Below, piece by piece: positions 46,309 through 56,213 of a DNA stretch of 64,000 nucleotides. The translations under genes and the position numbers were made by a program. The notes beneath the pieces are model-generated. The model was not told the DNA's origin and did no database searches. It saw only the letters and a list, made by a program, of their open reading frames with translations. Source of the DNA: Clostridiaceae bacterium (lineage in GTDB: Bacteria; Bacillota; Clostridia; Saccharofermentanales; DTU023); the NCBI GenBank assembly GCA_012522435.1, contig JAAYKK010000096.1, positions 13,773-77,772 on the forward strand. The letters are read 5' to 3'. Position 1 is the first letter of the stretch, and each line of letters opens with the position of its first letter.

Positions 46309-47391
46309 ATGGATATTAATAAGCTGAAAATTTGTGTGCTTTTTGGCGGACAAAGTAATGAGCATGAAATCTCTCGTCAATCGGCAACTTATATTATAGA
46401 TATACTTAAATCAATGAAGACCGAGGTATTGGATTTAATTGGCATCACCAAATTAGGTGAATTTAAATTCTACTCCGGTCCTACAGAATTAATTCCGGAC
46501 GGTTCCTGGGAAAACCATGAATCTGTAAAAGATGTTCTGTTAAAACCCGGACATCAAGGTCAAGGCTTTTTCACTCTGCAAGGTCAAGAATTAGATTGGC
46601 ATGCTATTGACGTATTCTTCCCCGTTCTACATGGAAAAATGGGAGAAGACGGTACCATGCAAGGATTGCTTGATGTAATCAATTCTCAATATGTCGGTTG
46701 TGGTGTTTTAGCCAGCTCGATTGCAATGGATAAGGTTGCTTCACGTATGATCTATGATTCTGTAGGCATACCTCAAGCGAATTGGACTTGGTTAAAGAAA
46801 AGAAAATTCTTTGCTGATCAGGATCTTGCAATAAAAAACATTCTGAAAAAATTAACTTATCCTATTTTTGTGAAACCTGCCAATGCCGGATCTTCGGTAG
46901 GTATTACCAAAGCCGGTTCAGATGAGGAACTTTTGGAATCTTTAGAATTAGCATTTGAATATGACACTAAAGCTGTTTTAGAACAAGCCATTGTAGGGCG
47001 TGAAATAGAAGTTGCAGTTTTAGAATTAACAGATCGCAACAGAAATTTGTTGGTATCAGTTCCCGGGGAGATAATTCCTGATCGCGAATTCTATGATTAT
47101 GAATCTAAGTATATTTCTGACGGTTCAAAGTTGATTATTCCTGTTCAATTACCGGAAGAACAACTTGAACAAATTGTTGATTTTGCGAAAAGAGCTTTCC
47201 GTACGGTTGACGGTCAAGGCTTATGTCGTGCTGATTTTTTCCTAGAGGAATCAACAGGCAAAGTACTGATGAACGAAATTAATACGATGCCCGGTTTTAC
47301 CGGTATCAGTATGTATCCTAAATTAATGGCGGAGTCAGGATATCCTTCAAGCAAATTAATCGAAGCTTTGCTTGCTTCCGCACTGGAATAA
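46309..47391 (+). CDS. ddl: D-alanine--D-alanine ligase
   Basis: ATP-grasp fold. FGGQSNEHEIS, HGKMGEDGTMQGLL, GSSVGI and NEINTMPGFT motifs. Confidence 0.95.
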   Translation: MDINKLKICVLFGGQSNEHEISRQSATYIIDILKSMKTEVLDLIGITKLGEFKFYSGPTELIPDGSWENHESVKDVLLKPGHQGQGFFTLQGQELDWHAIDVFFPVLHGKMGEDGTMQGLLDVINSQYVGCGVLASSIAMDKVASRMIYDSVGIPQANWTWLKKRKFFADQDLAIKNILKKLTYPIFVKPANAGSSVGITKAGSDEELLESLELAFEYDTKAVLEQAIVGREIEVAVLELTDRNRNLLVSVPGEIIPDREFYDYESKYISDGSKLIIPVQLPEEQLEQIVDFAKRAFRTVDGQGLCRADFFLEESTGKVLMNEINTMPGFTGISMYPKLMAESGYPSSKLIEALLASALE

Positions 47392-47429
47392 TATTTTTTT
47401 ATCTTGGCTGAAACTAGGGGGGGTTTTAA

Positions 47430-49550
47430 GTGAAACGAAGATTTCTTTCATATCTAATTATTATTGTATTATTGTTCAGCCTAGTTGCCTGTGACAATTT
47501 AAATTTATTTGGTGGCAGTTCTGAAAAAATCACTGAAACATTAAGTGATGACCAGGTACAAGATGAACAAGGTCCACAAGAAGTTGCCAACTCCAAAACC
47601 CAGGTTTCTCGAATTTTAGAGATCATTCAAAGTGATGATACGGATGCTCTGTTGGAATGGGTTCACCCGATTGCTTTAGAAAAGTACGGCAAAGAACAAA
47701 TAGTTGAAAGAAATGCAAAGATTCATTTGGGAATCGGTCTTGAAAGTATTGTTTTAGATGATTTCACTCCGCTCGGTAATACAGAACGTGAAGGCGAAGT
47801 TTCTTATCAGGGTACAGCTATTTACAAAACGACATATGGCGATATTGAAAAACAAGTTACCTATAACTTTATTTATCATCCCAATGCCAATCGCTGGCAA
47901 TTAGATTGGACTCCCAGTGTTATTTTGCCCGGACTACATGATAAAGGATTAGTTCAGATTCAACCGGTCAGAGCAATCAGAGGCAATATCTATGATCGTA
48001 CCGGCAAACCCCTAGCCCATAAAGGATATATTAATCAGGTGGGGATAGTTCCGGGAGATGTTAAGCCGGATAATTTTTCTGCAATTGAAGCTGTATTTGA
48101 TCTAAGTGAGGGTTTTGTTCAAGAACAGATAGATCAGGAATGGGTCAAAGACGATACCTTTGTACCTTTAAAAACTTTAACCACATTAACAGATGAACAA
48201 AAAAATTCTGTAAGTTCACTCGGTGTTATGATCGAGCCTGTTGAAACAAGAATTTATCCATTGGCTGAAGCTGCAGCGCATCTGATTGGTTATGTAGGAT
48301 ATGTTACGGCAGAAGATTTAGAAAAAGAAGAATATGCCGGTCTGACCGGACAAGATTTTATTGGGAAATCAGGTTTAGAAGCCATTTATGATAAAAAATT
48401 ACGTGGTGAACATGGTTTTAAGGTTGTTGTAACCGGCGACTATGAACAAGTTCTTTTGGAAAAAGATGTTGTTAACGGCGAGGATATTTATCTGACCCTT
48501 GATTCAGATTTACAAAGCATAATTTATGAAGCTGCCCAAGATAAGGATGCGACATTCTCAGCATTAGATCCCAGAAACGGTGATATTTTAGCTTTAGTCA
48601 GCACTCCTTCTTTTGATCCGCATCAATTTGTTTTAGGGATCAGTAGTGAGAATTATCAGGCTTTATTAGATAATCCGATGAATCCTCTTTATGGAAAATT
48701 TTCACAAGCTATGGTTCCCGGATCTTCCGAGAAGTTAGTTACAGCAATTGCCGGACTGAATGCCGGAACTCTAACTCTGAATACTACCTATAATATTCAA
48801 GGTAAGGGTTGGACTTACGATGAAACTTGGGGTAATTATCAAGTTATTCGTTATCAAACAATTAATGGCGAGATGGATCTGGATAATGCAATCGTCACAT
48901 CAGATAACATTTTTTTCGCGCGTGTTGCATTGGATATGGGCTTTGATGGTTTTAATGACCAAATGAATAATTTGTTATTTGGAGAAAGTATTTGTTCCGA
49001 CTATTCCTTTGGTATAGCACAGGTCACAAATGATGGCCCGGTTGACAATACGATTTTATTGGCCGATGCAGGTTATGGACAAGGAGAATTATTGATATCT
49101 CCGATTCATTTGGCTTCTATTTATGGAGCAGTAGCTAATGATGGTGTTTGGTATAAACCCAGGCTTCTTTTGACAACAGATCAAGAGCTGATCACACAGA
49201 CTATCACTTCAGACCAAAATGTTAAATATCTAGATAATAGTCTGCGCTCGGTCATTACCAAGACTTATCCTAATCTGGTGATGCCGAACGTTAATGTTGC
49301 GGGTAAAACCGGTACAGCAGAGACAGGCTATGATGAGGCTTATGGCAGAGCCAGAGAGAACAGTTGGCTCGTTTCTTACGACCAGAATATGCGTAATATG
49401 GTTCTTTGTACAATTGACTTTGATTCTCATGTTTACGGAGTTGGTTTCGGTACTTTGACAACCAAATTAATGTATGAAGTTATTTATGCAGACGGTGCAT
49501 ATTCTCCACCTGCAGCAGTTGAACCTACTCAAACAACTACAGTTGAATAA
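47430..49550 (+). CDS. Class B penicillin-binding lipoprotein with N-terminal NTF2-like (MecA_N) domain (PbpC/PBP3-type)
   Basis: 706 aa. Lipobox LVAC. NTF2-like N-terminal domain, dimerisation domain, and transpeptidase motifs SSEK (SxxK), SDN and KTGT. GTG start after a G-rich SD. Confidence 0.88.
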   Translation: MKRRFLSYLIIIVLLFSLVACDNLNLFGGSSEKITETLSDDQVQDEQGPQEVANSKTQVSRILEIIQSDDTDALLEWVHPIALEKYGKEQIVERNAKIHLGIGLESIVLDDFTPLGNTEREGEVSYQGTAIYKTTYGDIEKQVTYNFIYHPNANRWQLDWTPSVILPGLHDKGLVQIQPVRAIRGNIYDRTGKPLAHKGYINQVGIVPGDVKPDNFSAIEAVFDLSEGFVQEQIDQEWVKDDTFVPLKTLTTLTDEQKNSVSSLGVMIEPVETRIYPLAEAAAHLIGYVGYVTAEDLEKEEYAGLTGQDFIGKSGLEAIYDKKLRGEHGFKVVVTGDYEQVLLEKDVVNGEDIYLTLDSDLQSIIYEAAQDKDATFSALDPRNGDILALVSTPSFDPHQFVLGISSENYQALLDNPMNPLYGKFSQAMVPGSSEKLVTAIAGLNAGTLTLNTTYNIQGKGWTYDETWGNYQVIRYQTINGEMDLDNAIVTSDNIFFARVALDMGFDGFNDQMNNLLFGESICSDYSFGIAQVTNDGPVDNTILLADAGYGQGELLISPIHLASIYGAVANDGVWYKPRLLLTTDQELITQTITSDQNVKYLDNSLRSVITKTYPNLVMPNVNVAGKTGTAETGYDEAYGRARENSWLVSYDQNMRNMVLCTIDFDSHVYGVGFGTLTTKLMYEVIYADGAYSPPAAVEPTQTTTVE

Positions 49551-49640
49551 TCCAAGATCTGCATGTTAATTGGACTTTGTTCCGCTTAAACTATATATTA
49601 TACTGTCATAAAATAAATTTTATTATATATGAGGTATGTT

Positions 49641-50522
49641 ATGAGAATCTCAAAGAGAATTTTAAATATTTTTCTGATCCTTTTACTCGTTTTTTCACTG
49701 ATGGCTTGCGGTAAAAAAACAGAAGATGAAGCAGATAACAAAGAAACTGAGACCACTGTTGATACGGAATCATCCGATAATGTCTCAACTATTAAGCTTA
49801 CAGATAAGACTGAGGATGAAACTAAACCTATAGAATCTGATAGTGAGTCAACAGATACTGATGAGACCGAGCCGGCAAATACCATAGCTAATGATTTTGA
49901 TTATGAAGAAGAACCGGATAGTCCAATTGCCGAAATTAACCTTTCTCAAGCTGAACAAGGTGTTTCAGAAAGAGAAGCCAAGCGCTTTTTTAAAACTTTT
50001 TCAACTATTCCGGTTTATTATGAGTATAAGTCAACCACTTTGCCTGAAAACAAAACTCAAACTGTGACAATTTCTATTGATGAAATAGGTAGAACTTACA
50101 CTAAAATTGAAAGCGAGCAAGATAGTGTTGAAATCATATCCACTGCGGATGAGAAGTACTATGAATTAGATCGTGAGAATAAAGTTGCCAATCGAATCTC
50201 AAAAGAAATTGCTCAAGGCGAAATTATTTCAAAAGATGTTTTTGAACAAATTTATGCTCAAGCAGAATTGCTCTATTATGTAGGTAAAGGCAAAGGTCAA
50301 TTTAGCAGTCATGAACTTGAATTCGAAGAATATACCAAAGATAATAAGACCTTCGTTCGCTATTACTTTGATGATGAATCGATCTATGGTCATCGCACCT
50401 TTGAAAACAATCAATTGAAATCTCAAGTTGCGATTAAAGCTTTGAAAAACTATTTCCCGGATGAAATGGAAAAATTTCTGATTCCGGAGGATTTTACGGT
50501 CAATGAGGAATTAAATGACTAA
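49641..50522 (+). CDS. Lipoprotein of unknown function
   Basis: Signal peptide with lipobox LMAC. Acidic, T/E/D-rich linker followed by a ~200-aa globular domain. Start set at ATG 49641 (GAGG SD 6 nt upstream). ATG 49629 is also in frame. Confidence 0.7.
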   Translation: MRISKRILNIFLILLLVFSLMACGKKTEDEADNKETETTVDTESSDNVSTIKLTDKTEDETKPIESDSESTDTDETEPANTIANDFDYEEEPDSPIAEINLSQAEQGVSEREAKRFFKTFSTIPVYYEYKSTTLPENKTQTVTISIDEIGRTYTKIESEQDSVEIISTADEKYYELDRENKVANRISKEIAQGEIISKDVFEQIYAQAELLYYVGKGKGQFSSHELEFEEYTKDNKTFVRYYFDDESIYGHRTFENNQLKSQVAIKALKNYFPDEMEKFLIPEDFTVNEELND

Positions 50523-50940
50523 GTATCATTTTTCTAATGCTAAATCTAAAACTCTGATTCCTGACTTTGAGACTTTGACTGATTTTGAAGTCAATCATAA
50601 TTCAGGGAATATAGTGCTGGCAATAGCCGGTTTGAGTATGGGAGACGGGGATACTGAATTAGGTAAGCAGTTGATGCTAGATCTGATTAATGATTTGCCG
50701 CGACAGGATAATTTACCTCAAACCATCGTTTTTTATAATGCTGCAGTTAATTTAGCTTGCGAAGATAGTGAAATAATTTCAACTTTACAGTTTTTAGAGG
50801 CACAGGAAATTGATATTTTGGTCTGCAAAAAATCTCTTGACTATTTTAAATTAAAGCAATCATTATCGGTTGGTAAGCCAGCAACAATTCAGGAGATAAA
50901 CAGTTGTTTCTTGAATGCGGACTATTTGATCAGACCTTAA
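50515..50940 (+). CDS. DsrE-like protein resembling the C-terminal domain of the selenium-metabolism protein YedF
   Basis: 141 aa. IAGLSMGDGDTELGKQLM...TIVFYNAAVNL...LVCKKSLDYF fits the pattern I recall for DsrE/YedF-C (S..mG.Gd.eLG, fyN.gV.L, sCg.cl.y). 8-nt overlap with the lipoprotein gene. Confidence 0.6.
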   Translation: MTKYHFSNAKSKTLIPDFETLTDFEVNHNSGNIVLAIAGLSMGDGDTELGKQLMLDLINDLPRQDNLPQTIVFYNAAVNLACEDSEIISTLQFLEAQEIDILVCKKSLDYFKLKQSLSVGKPATIQEINSCFLNADYLIRP

Positions 50941-50975
50941 CTTAATTTAATTTAGAGATTAATTCCAAATTTAAT

Positions 50976-51001
50976 GCCGATTTTGAAGAATCGGCTTTTT
51001 A
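50976..51001 (+). terminator. Rho-independent terminator
   Basis: GCCGATT-ttgaag-AATCGGC followed by TTTTT. Confidence 0.85.
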
Positions 51002-51124
51002 AATTGTATAAAACAGATTATTTTAAATAGCTAAATTAGGCCCGGTCTCAGTTTTGAAGGCCTACTAGATTTTTGTTAGACTAATTTTAATAATATTATA
51101 TTTGAATAAGACTGGAGGCGGATT

Positions 51125-52303
51125 TTGGCAAGTCATAAAATTCGTATATTGCATACCGCAGATTTACATTTAGGGACCAATTTTTCATCATTTCCGGACA
51201 GAGAAGTGCGCGATATTTTACGTGGAGAGCAATCAAATATCTTGCTGGAATTAACCAGAGTCGTGAAAGCAGAGAAAATCGATCTGGTACTTATTGCCGG
51301 TGATTTGTTTGATAGACCCGACCTGGATCAACAAATAGTTAATCGTGTGAAGAATAATCTGGCAAACCTTGATTGTAAAGTTCATATTTGTGCGGGCAAT
51401 CATGATCCTTATATTGAAGGAAGCTTCTGGGCAACAGAATGGCCGGATAATGTACATATTGTTCCTCATACTGAAGTCGAGAGTTATTACTATGAGGATT
51501 TGGGTATTTTAGTCGACAGTGTGAGTTTTTCGGATATTTATTCAATAAACTCTCTATTCACCGCTGCTCCTCAAACGGATGTACCTGTTGATACTTTAAA
51601 ACTGCTGATGCTTCATGGAGATTTCGGCATAGAAGATAGAAAATCAAGTTATAATCCTATTCCAATTTCTTCTGTTAAAGCTCAAGGTTATGATTATCTT
51701 GCTTTAGGTCATATTCATCTTGCTCAAGAAGGTAATCTCGGTTTTCGAGATGCACAGTATGCTTATCCGGGTGCTCCCCAAGGTAGAGGTTTTGATGAAT
51801 TGGGACAAGGTCATTTTTTGGTCGGAACCTTTACCAGAGATAGTGGACTAGGTCGTTATAACCAAGAATGGAAGAAACACATCTTAAATACCAGACCATT
51901 TCTCATTCATGAAATAAATATTTCTGATGTAGAGAATGAACATGAAATCCAGCAAGCAATTGAAGAAGACTTGATCCAATGGCAAAAGACAAAAGAGTTT
52001 GATTTGAAACGGGCAATTCTTAGATTAGTACTTGTAGGAAGTCCTGATCTTAAATTCAATATTTCTTTAGGACATCTTCAGGAGTACATTAAGAGTCTGG
52101 ACTATTTTTACGTAGAAATAGAAGATAAAACCAAGGTTCCGTTAGAATTAGACAGATGGAGCAAACATAGCGGTTTCGGACAAATACTTGTCCAAGAATA
52201 TGAAGAACAAAAAGAAAAGGCACTTCCGGAAGAAAAAGAAAGAGTAGATAGGGCGTTAGATTTAATTCTTCGTGCCCATGAGAGGACTATTAATGAAACT
52301 TAA
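51125..52303 (+). CDS. SbcD-like metallophosphoesterase DNA repair exonuclease (YhaO-type)
   Basis: 392 aa. HTADLHLG, AGDLFD, GNHD and GHIH calcineurin-like motifs. TTG start after a GGAGG SD. Paired with the downstream SbcC-like ATPase. Confidence 0.85.
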   Translation: MASHKIRILHTADLHLGTNFSSFPDREVRDILRGEQSNILLELTRVVKAEKIDLVLIAGDLFDRPDLDQQIVNRVKNNLANLDCKVHICAGNHDPYIEGSFWATEWPDNVHIVPHTEVESYYYEDLGILVDSVSFSDIYSINSLFTAAPQTDVPVDTLKLLMLHGDFGIEDRKSSYNPIPISSVKAQGYDYLALGHIHLAQEGNLGFRDAQYAYPGAPQGRGFDELGQGHFLVGTFTRDSGLGRYNQEWKKHILNTRPFLIHEINISDVENEHEIQQAIEEDLIQWQKTKEFDLKRAILRLVLVGSPDLKFNISLGHLQEYIKSLDYFYVEIEDKTKVPLELDRWSKHSGFGQILVQEYEEQKEKALPEEKERVDRALDLILRAHERTINET

Positions 52304-55300
52304 GCGTATATACATAGATCAATTCGGTAAACACAATAGTCTCTTAATTAATTTTGAGAATAATTTCAATCTATTAATTGGACCTAATGAAAGTGGCAAA
52401 AGTACATTGCTTACTTTTATCCTTACAGCTTTTTATGGTTTTAATAGATATTCGCAGAGACGTGTTGAACGAAATGAACGAATGCGCTTCACTCCATGGA
52501 GCGGTTCTCGCTTTGGTGGTCATATTGTCTTTGAAAGAGATAATACAACATATCGTTTAGAGAGAAGCTTCGGAGAAACTGCATCTAAAGACGAAGTTAG
52601 ATTGACTAATGAACATTCGGGTAAAGAAATTAGCATTACTAAGCGAATGGAGCCCGGTGAATATTTGTTTGGGCTTAAACGTGATGAATTTTTAAATACA
52701 ATTTTCATAGGTCAACTTTCTACAGCTATGGAAAAAGATGAGGATATTCGTAAAAAACTGATGGCCTTAAAAGGCGGTCAAGCAATGGATACGTCCATCC
52801 ATGAAATCGAAGAAACCTTAGGTGCAGAACTTAGAGAAATATCCCCTCCGAGAGCAAAGGGCTTACTCCAAAAGGCTGAAGAACGCTTAAAAGATCTAGA
52901 ACTAGAGCAACAAGAGGCAATGGATGTTTCCCAACAAGCTAGAAAAAAACGCGCTGACTTGGACCGGGCTCAAGCTGAATTAAGCAGGATCCAAGAGCAA
53001 CTTAAAGACTTGAAGGTGGAGCAAGATATAAGACAAATTGAGCTCAAACAAAAAGAATTTCTGGATAATAAAGAAAGACTTGAGAACATCAACAAAATTG
53101 ATCAACAGATTTCAGAAGGTTTAGAGGAACTTTCTTACTCTTCAATGGAAGAGATGGAAGAACAGGACGATCTGTCTAAAGCAGAAGATTTTATTAATCG
53201 TTGGCAAAAACTGGAAGCTCAAAAAGAAAATATTGATAAACATAATAAAAGTTTAATTAAAAAACAAGAAGAGTTGCCGAAAAAAGATGAGTTGGAACGA
53301 TCTTTAGAAAAGCTAAACACATTTTCTAAAGATCGACGACACTATATAAAATCAGTAGAAGAGATTAGAAAAAAATCGGATGAAGAAAAAAGACTATTTA
53401 CTGAGAATTTGAATTTACTTGAACAGAATATAAAAACACTGCGTTTAGAACAAGAACGGGCAAAACAACGAGCTAAAACAAAAGAAGAACACAGTAATTT
53501 AAATGAAAGTATTAAGCAACAAAATGCTCAAAAAATTCATTTTACAGAAGAACTTGAGAAATTAGAGCAGGGGATTGTAGAAAAAGATCAAGAGATAGAA
53601 AATATTAACCTACAGTTGAATAAGCAACTAGAGAATTTCGCTAATCAGATTCAGCAACAAAAGATAGAAGAAGAACAGCAGATTCAAGAATTAAGGATTA
53701 AAGAAGAAAATAAACAACAGAAAATTCCTTTCTCGATATTTTTTGTTTTTGCAGTACTGGGATTATTAGGTGGAATCTTATATCTATTAATTGGCCAAGG
53801 TCTGCTCACTATTACTTTATTACTATTTGGTATTGCTCTTATACTTTTTGTTATTGGCTTGGTAGATACATTTAAAAAGTTTAAAAAAGCTCAGAGCCGG
53901 TCAAGTATATTAGAAAAAATAGCTGCTATAGAAGCTGATTATCAAGAAAAACGAAAAAACATAGAAGGTATACATCAAGAACAAATGCACAATCTTCAGG
54001 CAGTAGAAAAAGAACTAAAAGATCAGCTCAATTCAATAGATAAAGAAAAAACCAGGCTATTGGTGAAGATTGAGAATAACACTAACCGATTAAACGAGGA
54101 CCAGAATAAACTCCGGGATCTGGAATTGCAATTAAATCAAATCAAACAAAACTTACAGGTTGAAAATAATAAATTTAAATTGCCCAAAGAATTCGAGAAC
54201 TCGGATAATCCATTTGTCACGTCTGTTTTTCAAAAAAACTATGCTAAAGCAATCCGTGTCTTAGAACAGGATACTGCACAAAATAGTAATACTCAGAATG
54301 ATTTAATTGAGCTAGAGGATGCATTGAATCAAGCTGCCGAAGAATTGAAATCATATGAATATAAACCATCGCTCGAACTGATTAAAGAAGAGGATCAAAC
54401 AGACAAAGATTGTAAAAAATTACTTGAAGTTCTGTACAAGCCTCCATTTGAAATTGAGAATGTCGATTTAGATTCTGATCAAATGGAAAATGAAATTTCT
54501 TCTCGTATTAGTGAAATAGAGAGAAAGCTACATGATCTTGAGCAAATCAAACAAGGCTTAAAAGAACAAAAAGAAGTGAAACAGAAAAACGAGAAAGAAT
54601 TTTTAGAATTGAGAGCAGAATCTCAAAAGGGATTCCTCAAAGTTTTCGCTGCTTGCAAAACCTTGACTGAGGCTGAAACGTATTATAAGAAAAAAGTTCA
54701 GCAAATTAATGAGTTAAAAAATCTTCATGGTCGTAAGCTAGATAGACAGCAAGATATAGAAAAACAACTTGCAGGAGTGGATTTAGAAAGTCTTGAAAAA
54801 AAACTATTGGAACTGGATGCTGAAATCAAGCAGCTTCAGGATATCAGATCAGTCGATTATCAAGATCTTGATTTGGAAGTTATTGATCAACAGCTGAAAA
54901 AGCTACGAGACCAAGAAAGTCTCTGGCACACTACAACCGGCAATGTTCAAGGTGAGTTGAAAAATATATATAGTCAAACAAGAATGCTTCAGGAAATTGA
55001 AGAAGAATTGATCCATACTCAAGCCGAGTGGGAGAAACTGAGCGAACAAGTGAAAGATTATGAATTGGCACTTGAGATGATAAAATCTATTGATGATGAG
55101 CTTCAAAAGAGCTTTGGTCCTCAGATAAATGAACGGACCGCCGAAATTTTATCAGCGATTACGGGCGAGGAGCAACAGGGGATCTTAATCGACGGTGACT
55201 TCGAAGCAAAGCTGGAGGATGCGGAAAGTAAGATGCTCAGAGAGGCTGCCTATTTCAGTAGCGGAAAAATTGATCAGATTTATCTATCCCTAAGGCTTGC

Positions 55301-55520
55301 TATTGCCCTGACTCTATATAGCGGTGCAGATGGAGAGATTTTACCATTTGTATTTGACGATTCTCTGGTACAGTACGATAAACTAAGAACTGAACGAACT
55401 TTAGCCTATTTGAAGCAGATTGCAGAAAGAGAGAACCGGCAAATCATTTTTTCAACATGCCATCCCGCTTATGAGGAATTAATGGATTATGCTCATGTTA
55501 TTTATCTGAATCAGAAATAA
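52293..55520 (+). CDS. SbcC/Rad50-like AAA ATPase with central membrane hairpin (YhaN-type)
   Basis: About 1075 aa. Walker A GPNESGKST, long coiled coils, a central pair of hydrophobic helices (IPFSIFFVFAVLGLLGGILYLLIG...LLLFGIALILFVIGLV), signature FSSGKIDQIYLSLRLA and Walker B LPFVFDDSL. I moved the start to ATG 52293 (MKLKRIYIDQFG). Confidence 0.85.
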   Translation: MKLKRIYIDQFGKHNSLLINFENNFNLLIGPNESGKSTLLTFILTAFYGFNRYSQRRVERNERMRFTPWSGSRFGGHIVFERDNTTYRLERSFGETASKDEVRLTNEHSGKEISITKRMEPGEYLFGLKRDEFLNTIFIGQLSTAMEKDEDIRKKLMALKGGQAMDTSIHEIEETLGAELREISPPRAKGLLQKAEERLKDLELEQQEAMDVSQQARKKRADLDRAQAELSRIQEQLKDLKVEQDIRQIELKQKEFLDNKERLENINKIDQQISEGLEELSYSSMEEMEEQDDLSKAEDFINRWQKLEAQKENIDKHNKSLIKKQEELPKKDELERSLEKLNTFSKDRRHYIKSVEEIRKKSDEEKRLFTENLNLLEQNIKTLRLEQERAKQRAKTKEEHSNLNESIKQQNAQKIHFTEELEKLEQGIVEKDQEIENINLQLNKQLENFANQIQQQKIEEEQQIQELRIKEENKQQKIPFSIFFVFAVLGLLGGILYLLIGQGLLTITLLLFGIALILFVIGLVDTFKKFKKAQSRSSILEKIAAIEADYQEKRKNIEGIHQEQMHNLQAVEKELKDQLNSIDKEKTRLLVKIENNTNRLNEDQNKLRDLELQLNQIKQNLQVENNKFKLPKEFENSDNPFVTSVFQKNYAKAIRVLEQDTAQNSNTQNDLIELEDALNQAAEELKSYEYKPSLELIKEEDQTDKDCKKLLEVLYKPPFEIENVDLDSDQMENEISSRISEIERKLHDLEQIKQGLKEQKEVKQKNEKEFLELRAESQKGFLKVFAACKTLTEAETYYKKKVQQINELKNLHGRKLDRQQDIEKQLAGVDLESLEKKLLELDAEIKQLQDIRSVDYQDLDLEVIDQQLKKLRDQESLWHTTTGNVQGELKNIYSQTRMLQEIEEELIHTQAEWEKLSEQVKDYELALEMIKSIDDELQKSFGPQINERTAEILSAITGEEQQGILIDGDFEAKLEDAESKMLREAAYFSSGKIDQIYLSLRLAIALTLYSGADGEILPFVFDDSLVQYDKLRTERTLAYLKQIAERENRQIIFSTCHPAYEELMDYAHVIYLNQK

Positions 55521-55539
55521 CTCTGTCAACTGCTAAAAC

Positions 55540-56049
55540 CTAAGCCCAGGGGTTGGCTGATTCAGGTTTTCGAATATCTGAAAAAAGGCTCATATAAGAA
55601 TCACTCCAAATAACCCATTCCCCGGTTTTGGTGAGACGACATTGGATGAATCTCAATGCGTCTGCGCCACCGCTTTGCAGACCGATACGTACTAGATTAG
55701 GATCAGGTCCCGGACCTGCAGGATCATCAATAACATTTATGACGTAAGGAAATGTCGGTGAATAATTGTTAGTAGGCGCAGCGCCTTCCATATAAGATTT
55801 TCCGATGAAAGCATATTTATCATTTTGATTCATGCGATCTCGGATAAAACTTTTTGTCATGGGTGAAAGATTTTGCAACTCTTGACCACCTAATAAAAAT
55901 TGGAACATTTCAAAAAATGGTTCAGGATTGCTCGGATTATATTGGGACATTATCACGACCAACAAAGCAGCAGTTTCATGCGGATGACTTAATGAATGTG
56001 TTTGTATTTCTTGTAAATTGACCGGCATACGTTCAAAAGTGAATTGCAT
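55540..56049 (-). CDS. Hypothetical protein (conserved-looking, function unknown)
   Basis: 169 aa and soluble. AGGAGA SD 5 nt upstream. Segments such as GAAPTNNYSP, LQSGGADALRF and TGEWVIW look like a conserved DUF seen in Firmicutes, but I cannot name it with confidence. Confidence 0.6.
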   Translation of the reverse strand: MQFTFERMPVNLQEIQTHSLSHPHETAALLVVIMSQYNPSNPEPFFEMFQFLLGGQELQNLSPMTKSFIRDRMNQNDKYAFIGKSYMEGAAPTNNYSPTFPYVINVIDDPAGPGPDPNLVRIGLQSGGADALRFIQCRLTKTGEWVIWSDSYMSLFSDIRKPESANPWA

Positions 56050-56213
56050 AAGACTCTCCTAACATTTATTCTTTAGAAAATAGAAATTATTAATCAATAA
56101 ATTACTAGGATAAGTCTATCAATAAATGAACGACTAAACATCACCCAAAAGGGTTAATGAGAGAGATCTTCGAATTTTTCGGTTAATCTACAATTAAATT
56201 GCAGGATAAAATC

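Noticed and set aside
49598-49885. 95-aa minus-strand ORF antisense to the lipoprotein signal and linker region
   Set aside because: It is the antisense of an acidic/Thr-rich linker, has low-complexity Ser/Val content, and has no ribosome-binding site.
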